Source: Cyanidioschyzon merolae
Taxonomy: Eukaryota
DNA length: 64,000 nt
Reading direction: 5' to 3' (one strand)
Assembly (NCBI GenBank): GCA_000091205.1
Contig: AP006499.2
Part shown: positions 1 to 10,083 of the stretch, piece after piece
Position numbering within the stretch: the stretch's first letter is position 1
How the letters are laid out: each line of letters begins with the position of its first letter
Program-made: the position numbers and the translations under genes
Notes under the pieces: model-generated
The model's input: the letters and a program-made list of their open reading frames with translations, nothing else
What the model was told of the DNA's origin: nothing
The model's database searches: none

Positions 1-3000
1 GATGGACAGCGTTCCTGGTTGTACCTCCGTGACCGCAAAGAACAGCGCCGAGGAGCGCAGCTCATACAAGTGATGAACTCCCGGTACCAGCGTTTCGATG
101 AAAAGCTGCATGCTGGGCATCGGTTGCCACGCCAGATTCGGCACAGTGAATGAAACGTCGTTCGTTGAGACGCGAAGCTCCGGCGCATGGCACGCACATC
201 GAATCTCGATGCACTCCTCGAAGTCTCGCACCAGGCGACAACTCACATAGAGATGGAACGTCCGCGTCACTACACTGCCGCAGAGCTGATCAGTCTCCGT
301 CGATTCCGGTTCGGGTCGCAAGTACAGAAATACTCGGCGAGAGGAGGCTTTTTCAACCCAGACGCTGGTGACCTTGCGCAGCGCCAGATTGCTGGTGCTG
401 AAGTGCAATTCGCTCCGAGATTGCGGATCCAGATCGTGGCGCAAGAGGAACTCCAGCGGCTGATCGCTCAAGTTTCGAATGCGTATCGACTTGTTTCGAT
501 AGACGTGGTGCAACATGACGGCACCATAGTCGATCTCTCGTGGACTGGTCTCGAAGATCGTCGACGCATCAGCTCGCTCGGCGACGACTTCCATGCGAAC
601 GCGCAAGAGCGCCAAGTTCGCTGGCGATTGGCGATCCGTGAATAACAAATACTCCTGGAAGAACCCCAAAGACTCCGGTTTCATGGTCAAGCAAATCGTC
701 TGGCTGGGTCGTGTCCGTTCGAGAATACCACCCATGCGATCGAGCGCGAACCATTCGGTCGATTCCGGACGCGCACGCCGCCAGTGCGTCGGGACGCGAT
801 GAATCTTGTACTCGAGAACGTGCTCAGCAGTTGATGCGCTCGCCTCGCTCTCAGACTCGGGATCTACCGATGTGGATACAGGCATGCATCGTTGCAGCGG
901 ACGCTGCACGATGATGATTGTCCGTTGAATCGCTTGGCTCCCGAGTGGTACAACACCAGCGTCGAGTTCGTAGAGGTGCTCACCAATGTCAGCACAGCCG
1001 TGGAGACCGAATGTGCGCGGGCCCCGCTGTGGTGCTGTTTCGTCTGCGTCCACGCAGGTGGTGGTGGTGGCGGCGGCGGCTGCGGCGAAGACGTCGCCAT
1101 GGGTCTCCGAATCATCGATCGCGGCCATTGGCTGCTCTGGTGCTGATAACGTATCCTTCGGATGCAAGCCGGGAGCAGTTGCAGCGTCGGAGGCCTCAGC
1201 GCTAAACGAAGCGCTGACCGGCTCTTGCTCGACACCGGCTTGCGCTGCTGCGCCAGTCGTGCACGAACTCGTCGCCAAAGTCGCAGCAGTCATGTCAGAC
1301 TGCGGACTCGTCGCCAATGGCAGGCGCTCGGGGTGCCCCACGCGAGGCGCCGCAGCTTGTCGCTCACCGACGACAACCGGTTCCAGTGCCGCGGCGTCCG
1401 TGCGGGATTCGTGCGGCTCCTCTGCCGCCGCCAGTGGCACCGGTGACTGCTGCACACGATCATCGCGCGTTTGCAAGTCGTCCCGATTGGACGCTTCTCG
1501 TGCCTCGGATTGTGACGAGGCTCGCGTGTCGCTCATCATCATCATCATCATCATCGACGTTGTCGGTGGCGGTGGCGGTGCATCGGAAGTATCCGCGGGC
1601 ACCATGACCTGTTGCATCGGCAGTGACCGCTTTCCTTGGTACACCGGGATGCGCTCCAGAGGGCCCGCCTCGGCGTCCTGTTTTCGTCGCAGAGCTAACT
1701 CAATCCAGGCGATCGGCTCCGAGTCGATGCCCAGATCCAGGCTTGGTGCTGCCGCAGCGGCCTCCGCGCCTCCGACCGAACAGCCCGCAACACGTTCATG
1801 CTCGGTTTCTTTGGGCGTCGCCACTACCGCCAGTTCGAACTTTTCACCACTGGCGAGCGTTAGCGAACGTAACGTCGCTGAACTGGCACGATCTTGGAGC
1901 ACAAGGTCTCGATAGGGCCCGGTAGGTACCACGCTTGTCTGCCAAGTGACCTGAACATCACCACGAGCAGCCTCGGGAATGCTGATCGCCAACGTGCCGT
2001 GGCCTTGCTCATTGAGCAGTACCGGACTCGATTCCTGTATCAAGCGAACGGAGAACTGACCAACAATGCGGAGTTCCAGGTGCTCTTGCGGTTGCCAGAC
2101 GTTCTCAATTGTCACCAGGAGCTCAAATGGACCAGCTCCCAGCGATAGCGCCGCTGGCCGCACCACGAGTGGTACCCAGACTTGCTCACCGGGCTCAAGT
2201 TGGCCTTCAAGGGCGCTCGCATCCGCTTCATGTAGCAACGACATGCGCGTCTGAGTCGGTACCAGTTGCGAGGTTGCAGCGGTCGCCGACGTCGATGCGG
2301 AGGCGCCCCTGCGATCCACGTCTGCCGAAGCGGCTTCGTGCGGGGGCACGCCCATACGCGTTCCGCTTGCGTATGCATCTCGAAGATCTTGCGCTACTGG
2401 TGGCGTCATGACGTCGGCACTGGCGCTGGGCGGCACGAGTGTCTCAGATTCGGCATCGGGATGAGGCGAGCTCCAAGTCGCCTGCGGCCGCCACGACGCC
2501 TCTAGCGAGGCTGCATGCCACGCATCAGGTGCGTCTTTGGAGACGTTGCCCCTAGTGCCATCAAAACGATGCTCAATGGCACTGGGCTCGAGGTGCGGCG
2601 TCTCCAGGGCCGGCCTCTGTTGCTCGTTTGGAACAGGGCTGGCTCCCGGGGGTCCCGCTTCGACCCCTGGCGGCAGTACCGAGAACGGCAAACGCCAACG
2701 TGCAGCGACTGCGCCCACGTTCCGAAGTAGAGCGTGCACCACCACGGGAGCGTTGCGCTGCGCGTACCCGATGGTGCCAATGTCGATCGTCGGGGTCACC
2801 AGGGCCATGCGCGCACAGCCGTATCGCAACGATACCGGAACGCTATCGAGATAGCGTCCGGCGAGCTGGGCCACAAGCAAGGCGCGTCGTTCGACGAGCG
2901 AGCCCTCGCGAAGCAGATCCCGTTCGCGTTCGTGGAGCAGCGACGGCACCAGCTGGTAGCGAAGCACCTCGGCCGGAACCGCTTCCCAGAACACGCCGTT

Positions 3001-6000
3001 GAGTCTCGGCTCTGTCAGATTCGGTAGCATCCGCGCTTCTTCTTCTTCTTCTTCTGCTGCTGCTGTTGCTGATGATGATGACAGCGGCGGCGAGTCCGAG
3101 CCACACGCAACATGCGGCCAGGGCCAGTGTTCAGGAAAGCCATCTACATACAGGCGAAATGAGACGCCTTGGGGTGTTGCTATGGTTGTTATTGCTGCTG
3201 CTGCTGCTGCTGCTGACGACGACGACGACGACGGCGAATCGTCGTTGATCCAGCGAATGTGCCAGTTGCCGGGACGCACTTGCCCCATCGTATCCGCTCG
3301 AAGCAGACAGGGCTCGTTAAGCTCCAGGTGCAGACGCGAGAGCCGACTATCCTGCTGCACTGCCGGCACCCGATGCACAAATACCAACTGCAAGTCGTAA
3401 GATCGACGCGAGTACGCCAGGTTCTCGAGGCGCACCCGTTGCTCGAGGAGCGCTGCTCGCCTGCAGTTACGCCACTCGAAGGTCAGCACATCTTGAGACT
3501 GGGGAGCGATGGTGATTTGCTGCTGAGCAAATACCAGAGATGGTTGTTGCTCGCAATCTTCGTCCTCGGGGGCGTCATCAGGCACGGCAGGATCAGGGCG
3601 TCGCTCATCAACAGTGACCTCCGAGCCAAGTTCCGAGCGCCCGAGATCGTCACCGGCAAAGGCGTGGAGCACGGAACGCTCTTCATATCGAAGTTGCAAT
3701 CTGAGCGATAATCCATTGCTGAGATTACGAATTTGTAGTCGGCCTCGAGCACCAAAGCGGAACCAGGCAGTCTGGAACAGATGCGATAGGCCCGGACGCC
3801 GTTCCCCCGATCCAGTGACTCCATCTGCGATACCGGAACTAATACTTTGCTTCCCGTTGAGGTCCACAAGTGCTTGCAGCGTTGCAGTCGGCCACAGTGC
3901 AAGCAACTCGGGCGCCGGTCTAATCGGGTGTCGTTGTCGCAGTCCACGCCGCTGCTCTGCTGTGAACGCATGAGTATCCTGCACGTAATGAATCGTCGCG
4001 ATCGCGTTCTCCTCTGTTGAGAACGCTTGCGTATCCTGCACATCATCAGTGGATTCCATCACACTGTCTGCAACTCGACCGCGTACACCTCTGTCGGCCT
4101 CTGTGACTGCAATCGGGCCCGTTACCCCGAGCACCAGCACCAGTGATCGCAAACACACTGGGTAGACGAATCCCGCCCGGGCCTTCAGTTTCACCGTAGC
4201 GATATCCACGAGCGCAGCTTGCGCACATCCAGCATCCAGGGACGCTTCGCTCTGGACTGGATCAGGGCGCCAGGCTCTCAGCAGGAGCCCCGCAACGAGC
4301 TCCCGAACAACCCCTGCATATAACTCAAGAATCGGAATGCGTGGTGCGAGACCCACGTGCACGGTAACCGTCGCGCCCGGTGCAACGCGGACTGCTCGCG
4401 GGAACGGTGTCTGCCGCATCGCGTCTGTGAAAAGCAGGATCTGTTTCGCCAGGTTGCTCCGAACCTGTAACATTAACGGTTCATCGCTTCTCGAGACAAT
4501 CGTGAGGCTCCGCACCGCACACACACCACCCTGCTCGGGGTCGAGAGCGAGATCACCCCAATCCCACACGAGTACGGTCGAAGAGGCTCGTAGCGGCTCC
4601 GATGAAGGCGCCGCTTCCCTCTGAACACCAATCGATGATAGCTCGACGGCACTGGATTCCAACTGAGGCAGGTACAGCGCCCGACGAGGCAGCACATGAC
4701 CCTGTACCCGAACACGCACCGTCTCAACTGGTGCAGTCGAGGCTGGCGAGGTGCCAACCCAGCCACCACCACCACCACCACCACTACCACCACTGTTCCC
4801 GCCGGAGCGTCCAGTGGCGTGCACGAGGCGACTCGCCGGAGCGCCCACCAAAGCCTCGGTCGCTGGTTGAAGCCAGGCGGTTACCACCAGCGTTCTCGAT
4901 AGTGTACCCATGCGGTCGGGGCGAAAACTGAGGCGCACCTGGGCAACACCGTGCACGTCGACGGTACCGCGCATGGGACTCCAGAGCAGCGTGGCAGGAA
5001 GCGCCACCTGCGTATCCTCCAGCACCGAGAACGCAACCTTTCGATCAGAAACGTTCTGGATCGTCAGGCGGCTGGTCACCGTCTGACCGAGCGACACTTT
5101 GCCAAACGCGATCACCAGCGGTGATATCTGAATGAGTCGCGAGCTCCCTGTGCGCTCCACGCGTCTTGCGGTACTGGGCAGAACCGGTACCGTTTCCGCA
5201 AATGCAGGCCAACGTCCGGCGCTATCTGGTGACCCATTCCAGTCACTGGACACGGTGTCGTTGCATGCGCTCTCGTGCGCGGAGCTTCTCGTCGCCATCA
5301 CGTCTTGTTCAGGGACGACGTTTGACGGAGCGTCGTCGCTCGTTGCCGTCGGTGGTACCGCAGGGTCCGAATCCCAGACCTCCATTGAACAGCAGATACA
5401 TTGCTGCTCATCCCGATTACGTTGTTCAAACACACGCAGAGATACTTGTCGACGACCTCGTACGCCTGCAACCGACGTCAGCGACACAGCCAGACGAGCG
5501 ACTTGACCAGGAGCAAGCGTAACGACCAAGCGCCCGGCATGAAGCGCGGTTGCTGCCCTGCGTGAAGCAGTAGGTGCCGCTCGAGGTCGCATCCCCGAGA
5601 CACACGTCGATGCCTCGCGGACATTCTCCGGTGGCATCGAATGCGCTTCTGGAGCGTCCAGCTCGGTGACCGACTCACCTTGCGTCAGCGTTCTTGTCGA
5701 TGAGTCCGCATCCTGCAACTGATGCGTTCGCTGCTGTGCGATTGCTGCACGGAGGCGCTCCACTTTTTCCGTCCGGCCCTTTCTTTCGGCGATACGGAGT
5801 TTCTGTTCCAGTGCCTCGATCGCTGCGTTGGTATCAAGGGACGTCTGCATCGATCCGGGTATAGCACCAGCACCAGCGAATAGCGCTTGTTCCTGCTCAT
5901 GCGCCTGCGGCAGCATGGAAGCAGCAACAGATTCGGCTAGTGCCGCTTCGGCGACGCGTCCTCCACAGGCGCTGCGTTCGTTATCCGGGGTCTCGTGCGC

Positions 6001-9000
6001 TCGCGATTCCCCGTCGTACACTGACGAGTGAACCACAGACTCGGAAGGCGTTGCTGTTTCGGTTGCTTCCGTTCCTGGTCCGGGCAAGAACGCCGGCCGA
6101 GACTCACCAGGCTGCACGCGAATCGACATCGAGGACTCGAGAGCGTCCACCGCAAGCCACACCGTGGCTGTCGTCCGTTGATCAGCAGCGTCCTGCTCGA
6201 TCACGAAGACACGCCGACGATCCGAGCAGTTCTGGAGCTGAAAGGAACGCCGTATGCCAGCACCGGGCGCTACTGCACACGATACGCTCCCAAAGTCGAG
6301 CTGCAGCGGTCGCACGACAAAATGGGTACGGCGGTGTACGAGTGCCTTCATGGTTACCGGATGGGCATCGCTGGGATCCAGCAGATTGACAATCCAGACA
6401 CACTCCTCGAAGGCACCATGAAACGAAGGCCGAAATACGAAAGGAACTTCCTTGGCACTGAACGGCCGCAGAACTCCGCGCCGATCAGACCCAAAGTGCA
6501 AATAACTGCTATCCACAGAACCAGACTTGCGTACAGCGTAGAAAGCCGGCATCTCCGATACGTTCTGCAGAAGCAGCGTCTTAGATCGTTGCTCACCTGC
6601 GACGATACCCCCAAAGTTGATATGCGGCTGGGCAACTTCCATTCGAGAGATGCAAACCCGACCTCGCAGCACCAGCTCCCGTGGCGGCAAAGACGACGCA
6701 TGCAGCCGTGTCGGTGTCAGCGGGAGACGACTTTGATCATAGTCCACGAGGTGCAGATAGAGGCGCTCCTCAAAAGGACGCAGTTTGGTGCGCAGTCGGC
6801 GGTCGGCGGCGTCGAACTGGATAACCACATAGAGGGTTGCCTCGGCGTTGGGCTCGATCTCCAGCTGCTGCTGTTGTATCCGTCGGAGCAGGCCTGCATC
6901 ACACGCCTGGACCAGCGCTTGTGCGGGACGCAGCGACTCGCGAATAAAGTCTGCTTCTGCTTCGGCAGTCGAAAAGAAGGATGGAATGGCGGGCGGCATC
7001 CGCATCAGCTGCGCGAAAATGTCAGCGGCACGTAGACTCACTGGTGAGGTTTCGTTTCTACCCAGTTCGTTTGAGTCTGAGGTCTCCGACAGCGTCTCCT
7101 CATCTGAATCACTGGAAGCCTGTGATCGACGACGCCGAACTGTCTGCCGCAAACGGACGCTATGTCGATACCGACGACGATGATGACGAGACGGCTGCAG
7201 AAGCTGACTCGCGCCCGTTCGCGAGGCATCACTGGAGTGCTCACCCGCCGACGCATTTCGTACTGGTGTGCAGAGGCGCGTTCCGGTTGTCGTCGAATCA
7301 GCGGCTGCCGCTGTACCTGGAAGAGCCATCGCTTCCTCAGTGTGCTCAGTAGACTGTGTTTCGACGCCCGTGTTACGCCACTGGGTCCGTGCTCGAGAAG
7401 CAGGTGCCGCTGCTTCCGTCGCTTCCGTAGCCGTGCATGCCTCGTTGCCAGACGTGCGAGCCGAGCACTGCAGCTGCACACCGTCCGCTACGACATGCGC
7501 TGCAGGGGCAGGTGCCGCTGCCTCTGCATCCGCCAAGGCAGCGTGCGGTAGACAAGCTTCCGTTGGTAACGTCGCTGGTTGGCGTTGCTGTTCCGAAGCG
7601 TCCTTTTCGGAGATTGACGGGTGCGGTTGAGCGCGCTCGAACCGGGGATCCGCGAGCAGCTCCACATGCGGCCGTGCCGGGCAGGTAAAACCCAGGACAA
7701 GGCGCTTGTCGGTCAGGTTCCGCACCTGAAAAGCGCGAATGTACGCGTGACCAGCCACCACGTTCCCGTAATCAAGCTCATTCACCTGGGTGGAACGCTC
7801 GGTAGCAAGTCGGTAGAAGAGCGCGTGGTAGAGCACGCGAAAGCGGTCGACACAGTTCGCGCGTATCACCACGACATGTTCATCGCGAGGATTCCGCAAA
7901 TTCAGTATCGTCAACTGTTTGCTATAGTCTGGATTCACACGATGCGGTGTAAAGTCGATCCGGAGATCATAGATCTGGCGAGGGCCAATGATAGGCTCAA
8001 GCGATGCCACCCGGAGCGACGTCGAGGAGAAGCGCACCGAGAGAAAGGCTGGGAGGTCGGCAAGGTTCACCACCTGCACAGACGTGGTCACTGTGGATTC
8101 CACGTAACAGTCGCCCAGGTGAATTTCCGTCGGATGCACCCGCACGAGTGACTCACTGACTCGCGCTCGTCCGTAGAGTATTTTGCGCTGGGCGAGTACC
8201 TCTCCGTCGTCGAGAGCGTCGCGTCCCGAAAGCGAACGAAAAGGCACAACCTCTTCACCAGAAGTTGCCGACGACGTGTTTGCGGCTGGCATCCAGGCAG
8301 CTGCACCAGCGGGTACGGTGCTGGGCGCGCAGGCGCTCCCGTCCAAGAGGTCGGACCTGAGCTCAGCGCCATTACCCTGCTGGTGCTGTTGTTGTTCGTA
8401 CATGGTGCGTTCGCTGGCGCTTAGCGCGTGCAGCGACGCCCGTTCTGGAGCGCTCTGGAGGCCGGCATCTGGCGCGGATACCGCACTGTCGATTAGCGGC
8501 TCTTGCTGCTCGTCCCCGAGCGGAAAGCGACTCGCTGCAACTCGCGAGGCAGCGCTCCCAGTGCTCGTTCCGCAGACGCGATCGGATCCCAGCAAGCCGG
8601 TGTCATCGGTGTACCCCGCTGGTCCAGGGAAGACATGCTCGAGCACCTCGCTCGGTGAACCAGGAGTTGTCGCTTCTGATTCCATCGCAACTCGCTGCGC
8701 TCTGGTACGCTCTGGTACCTCGGACGTCCTGAGCATTACCCAGAACACCAGAGGGAAGCGCCTCTCCACAAAGCGTCCATCTACTGCGGCGATCACTGCC
8801 TGCGAGCGCAAAGGTGGTTGATAAACAATCCGAATGGGACGTGCCTCCTTTGCTGGGACCTCGACCGGTGCAACAGGTACAATGGACCAGCGGGCGGCTA
8901 GCTCTTGGTCCATGGATATCAGAATTGTAGCGTCAGTTGCACAGTTCTGCACAACAAGGTCGCGCGCAACTGTCGAGCCAGCGTACACGTCACCAAAGTC

Positions 9001-10083
9001 GAGTTCATCGATCGCCACACTCGCCGGTTGTTCAGCTAGGCGAAAAACGGCCAGCGTGGCCGGTTTCTGGATACCGCACAGGCAATGGATGGAGAGTAGC
9101 GCTTGATTCTCCGGATTTCTCCAGTTGAGGCACCGTACTGTATACTGGAAACGCCCGCATTCCGTAGCTTCCAAGGCAAAGCGCAATCGTCGGTACTGCA
9201 GACCGCCAATTCGGTGAGGTCCCGGCCCCAGAGGCACGCCACTCTCCAGGTCGGTGCACGTTAGACTGCCGCTCTTGGGTTGAATTTGTAAACTGAACTG
9301 GGTAGCCAGCTCACTTTGGTTCCAGAGAAGCACATCCTTGGCGGTCGTTGTTTGCGATACGGGCACCTCGAGCAGTAGCGTCTTCTCGACGCTGGGGCCT
9401 GACTCTATGCCTTGGGTCGCTTTCGCGTTGACGGGTGTAGCGGCATGCCGCAGGTCGCCACTAGACTGGTCCATGCGTCCACTGTTGTTGTCGGTAGGCG
9501 TTCGCGGACTCGCAGCGCCTGTTGCTCGCTCCTCCCCGCCGGTATCCCGTTGCAGCGGTGCGGTCGCGTCGGGCCGGCTGTCCAGCGTGAAGGTGAGCAA
9601 AGAACGAATAACACGGCCGTTCACAGGTAACGAGCAGAGCAACGTTCCGTCTGGTACAGATGTGAGGTTGATCAGGCCGTGTACGCGTTGGAAGCTGAAG
9701 CCAGCTTGCCGAACTAGTTCAGGTTTGACCTGTACGATTACGGGCAAAGGTTCCGTCTCTGCGGTTTTCGGAACTTGGAACGTTTCAGTCAAGTTCAGCT
9801 CGTGAAAGAGAGCGTTTTGCTGGGCATAGGGGACGTCCCAGTTGGCGTTCTCGCGCTGGAAACAGATGAACGGAGCTAGCGGGCCTTCTACGCTGATGCG
9901 CACCACCAGTGGCTCTGTCGGACTTGCTGCTCGTGTTCGCTGTAAGTGCACGAGAAAGAGCGTCGGTATTTCCGCGGTGAGCTCTCCGAGTTCCAGTACA
10001 CGCTCCCTGAAGACCACTGGAACGTCGGGAGGTCGCTCTTGAGCCGATTCGCCAGCGGTTTTTGTAGCGCTTGCCATGAGCAT
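1..10083 (-). CDS. Giant flagellar/ciliary ASH(MSP-fold)-repeat protein, Hydin-like; 5' (N-terminal) end at 10083, C-terminal end truncated by window edge (>3360 codons in window)
   Basis: Manual minus-strand translation in one frame (codons ending at coordinates divisible by 3) is open from 10083 to 6772 and again from 6720 to position 1 with no stop. Repeated ASH/MSP-type motifs are present: LDFGDVYAGSTVARDLVVQNCA (~8940-9005), INFGGIVAGEQRSKTLLLQNVSEMPAF (~6540-6625), LDFGSVSCAVAPGAGIRRSF (~6200-6290), IAFGKVSLGQTVTSRLTIQNVSD (~5030-5110). Low-complexity linkers (poly-S/G/M/E). The ATG is at 10081-10083 with an upstream in-frame TGA at ~10150-10152. The gene is absent from the supplied ORF track. 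Confidence 0.6.
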   Translation of the reverse strand, partial: MLMASATKTAGESAQERPPDVPVVFRERVLELGELTAEIPTLFLVHLQRTRAASPTEPLVVRISVEGPLAPFICFQRENANWDVPYAQQNALFHELNLTETFQVPKTAETEPLPVIVQVKPELVRQAGFSFQRVHGLINLTSVPDGTLLCSLPVNGRVIRSLLTFTLDSRPDATAPLQRDTGGEERATGAASPRTPTDNNSGRMDQSSGDLRHAATPVNAKATQGIESGPSVEKTLLLEVPVSQTTTAKDVLLWNQSELATQFSLQIQPKSGSLTCTDLESGVPLGPGPHRIGGLQYRRLRFALEATECGRFQYTVRCLNWRNPENQALLSIHCLCGIQKPATLAVFRLAEQPASVAIDELDFGDVYAGSTVARDLVVQNCATDATILISMDQELAARWSIVPVAPVEVPAKEARPIRIVYQPPLRSQAVIAAVDGRFVERRFPLVFWVMLRTSEVPERTRAQRVAMESEATTPGSPSEVLEHVFPGPAGYTDDTGLLGSDRVCGTSTGSAASRVAASRFPLGDEQQEPLIDSAVSAPDAGLQSAPERASLHALSASERTMYEQQQHQQGNGAELRSDLLDGSACAPSTVPAGAAAWMPAANTSSATSGEEVVPFRSLSGRDALDDGEVLAQRKILYGRARVSESLVRVHPTEIHLGDCYVESTVTTSVQVVNLADLPAFLSVRFSSTSLRVASLEPIIGPRQIYDLRIDFTPHRVNPDYSKQLTILNLRNPRDEHVVVIRANCVDRFRVLYHALFYRLATERSTQVNELDYGNVVAGHAYIRAFQVRNLTDKRLVLGFTCPARPHVELLADPRFERAQPHPSISEKDASEQQRQPATLPTEACLPHAALADAEAAAPAPAAHVVADGVQLQCSARTSGNEACTATEATEAAAPASRARTQWRNTGVETQSTEHTEEAMALPGTAAAADSTTTGTRLCTPVRNASAGEHSSDASRTGASQLLQPSRHHRRRYRHSVRLRQTVRRRRSQASSDSDEETLSETSDSNELGRNETSPVSLRAADIFAQLMRMPPAIPSFFSTAEAEADFIRESLRPAQALVQACDAGLLRRIQQQQLEIEPNAEATLYVVIQFDAADRRLRTKLRPFEERLYLHLVDYDQSRLPLTPTRLHASSLPPRELVLRGRVCISRMEVAQPHINFGGIVAGEQRSKTLLLQNVSEMPAFYAVRKSGSVDSSYLHFGSDRRGVLRPFSAKEVPFVFRPSFHGAFEECVWIVNLLDPSDAHPVTMKALVHRRTHFVVRPLQLDFGSVSCAVAPGAGIRRSFQLQNCSDRRRVFVIEQDAADQRTTATVWLAVDALESSMSIRVQPGESRPAFLPGPGTEATETATPSESVVHSSVYDGESRAHETPDNERSACGGRVAEAALAESVAASMLPQAHEQEQALFAGAGAIPGSMQTSLDTNAAIEALEQKLRIAERKGRTEKVERLRAAIAQQRTHQLQDADSSTRTLTQGESVTELDAPEAHSMPPENVREASTCVSGMRPRAAPTASRRAATALHAGRLVVTLAPGQVARLAVSLTSVAGVRGRRQVSLRVFEQRNRDEQQCICCSMEVWDSDPAVPPTATSDDAPSNVVPEQDVMATRSSAHESACNDTVSSDWNGSPDSAGRWPAFAETVPVLPSTARRVERTGSSRLIQISPLVIAFGKVSLGQTVTSRLTIQNVSDRKVAFSVLEDTQVALPATLLWSPMRGTVDVHGVAQVRLSFRPDRMGTLSRTLVVTAWLQPATEALVGAPASRLVHATGRSGGNSGGSGGGGGGGWVGTSPASTAPVETVRVRVQGHVLPRRALYLPQLESSAVELSSIGVQREAAPSSEPLRASSTVLVWDWGDLALDPEQGGVCAVRSLTIVSRSDEPLMLQVRSNLAKQILLFTDAMRQTPFPRAVRVAPGATVTVHVGLAPRIPILELYAGVVRELVAGLLLRAWRPDPVQSEASLDAGCAQAALVDIATVKLKARAGFVYPVCLRSLVLVLGVTGPIAVTEADRGVRGRVADSVMESTDDVQDTQAFSTEENAIATIHYVQDTHAFTAEQRRGLRQRHPIRPAPELLALWPTATLQALVDLNGKQSISSGIADGVTGSGERRPGLSHLFQTAWFRFGARGRLQIRNLSNGLSLRLQLRYEERSVLHAFAGDDLGRSELGSEVTVDERRPDPAVPDDAPEDEDCEQQPSLVFAQQQITIAPQSQDVLTFEWRNCRRAALLEQRVRLENLAYSRRSYDLQLVFVHRVPAVQQDSRLSRLHLELNEPCLLRADTMGQVRPGNWHIRWINDDSPSSSSSSAAAAAAAITTIATPQGVSFRLYVDGFPEHWPWPHVACGSDSPPLSSSSATAAAEEEEEEARMLPNLTEPRLNGVFWEAVPAEVLRYQLVPSLLHERERDLLREGSLVERRALLVAQLAGRYLDSVPVSLRYGCARMALVTPTIDIGTIGYAQRNAPVVVHALLRNVGAVAARWRLPFSVLPPGVEAGPPGASPVPNEQQRPALETPHLEPSAIEHRFDGTRGNVSKDAPDAWHAASLEASWRPQATWSSPHPDAESETLVPPSASADVMTPPVAQDLRDAYASGTRMGVPPHEAASADVDRRGASASTSATAATSQLVPTQTRMSLLHEADASALEGQLEPGEQVWVPLVVRPAALSLGAGPFELLVTIENVWQPQEHLELRIVGQFSVRLIQESSPVLLNEQGHGTLAISIPEAARGDVQVTWQTSVVPTGPYRDLVLQDRASSATLRSLTLASGEKFELAVVATPKETEHERVAGCSVGGAEAAAAAPSLDLGIDSEPIAWIELALRRKQDAEAGPLERIPVYQGKRSLPMQQVMVPADTSDAPPPPPTTSMMMMMMMSDTRASSQSEAREASNRDDLQTRDDRVQQSPVPLAAAEEPHESRTDAAALEPVVVGERQAAAPRVGHPERLPLATSPQSDMTAATLATSSCTTGAAAQAGVEQEPVSASFSAEASDAATAPGLHPKDTLSAPEQPMAAIDDSETHGDVFAAAAAATTTTCVDADETAPQRGPRTFGLHGCADIGEHLYELDAGVVPLGSQAIQRTIIIVQRPLQRCMPVSTSVDPESESEASASTAEHVLEYKIHRVPTHWRRARPESTEWFALDRMGGILERTRPSQTICLTMKPESLGFFQEYLLFTDRQSPANLALLRVRMEVVAERADASTIFETSPREIDYGAVMLHHVYRNKSIRIRNLSDQPLEFLLRHDLDPQSRSELHFSTSNLALRKVTSVWVEKASSRRVFLYLRPEPESTETDQLCGSVVTRTFHLYVSCRLVRDFEECIEIRCACHAPELRVSTNDVSFTVPNLAWQPMPSMQLFIETLVPGVHHLYELRSSALFFAVTEVQPGTLSI
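3195..3240. repeat. (GCT)8(GAC)7 compound microsatellite inside the Hydin-like CDS (encodes poly-S/poly-A linker)
   Basis: gctgctgctgctgctgctgctgacgacgacgacgacgacg. Confidence 0.9.
6722..6781 (-). other. Pair of compensating +1/-1 frame changes inside the Hydin-like ORF (at T4 and C4 homopolymers), likely assembly indels or a real lesion
   Basis: The main frame hits TGA at 6769-6771 and 6736-6738. The +1 frame reads protein-like RPFEERLYLHLVDYDQSRLP across exactly this 60-bp stretch, then the original frame resumes at 6720. No GT..AG intron of compatible length is present. Confidence 0.5.

Noticed and set aside
986-8821. Plus-strand ORFs 986-1915, 6028-7035, 7621-8151 and 8183-8821 as independent genes
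   Set aside because: They are antisense to the continuous Hydin-like minus-strand ORF. The peptides are Arg/Ala/Ser-rich with no motif, as expected for GC-rich antisense frames.
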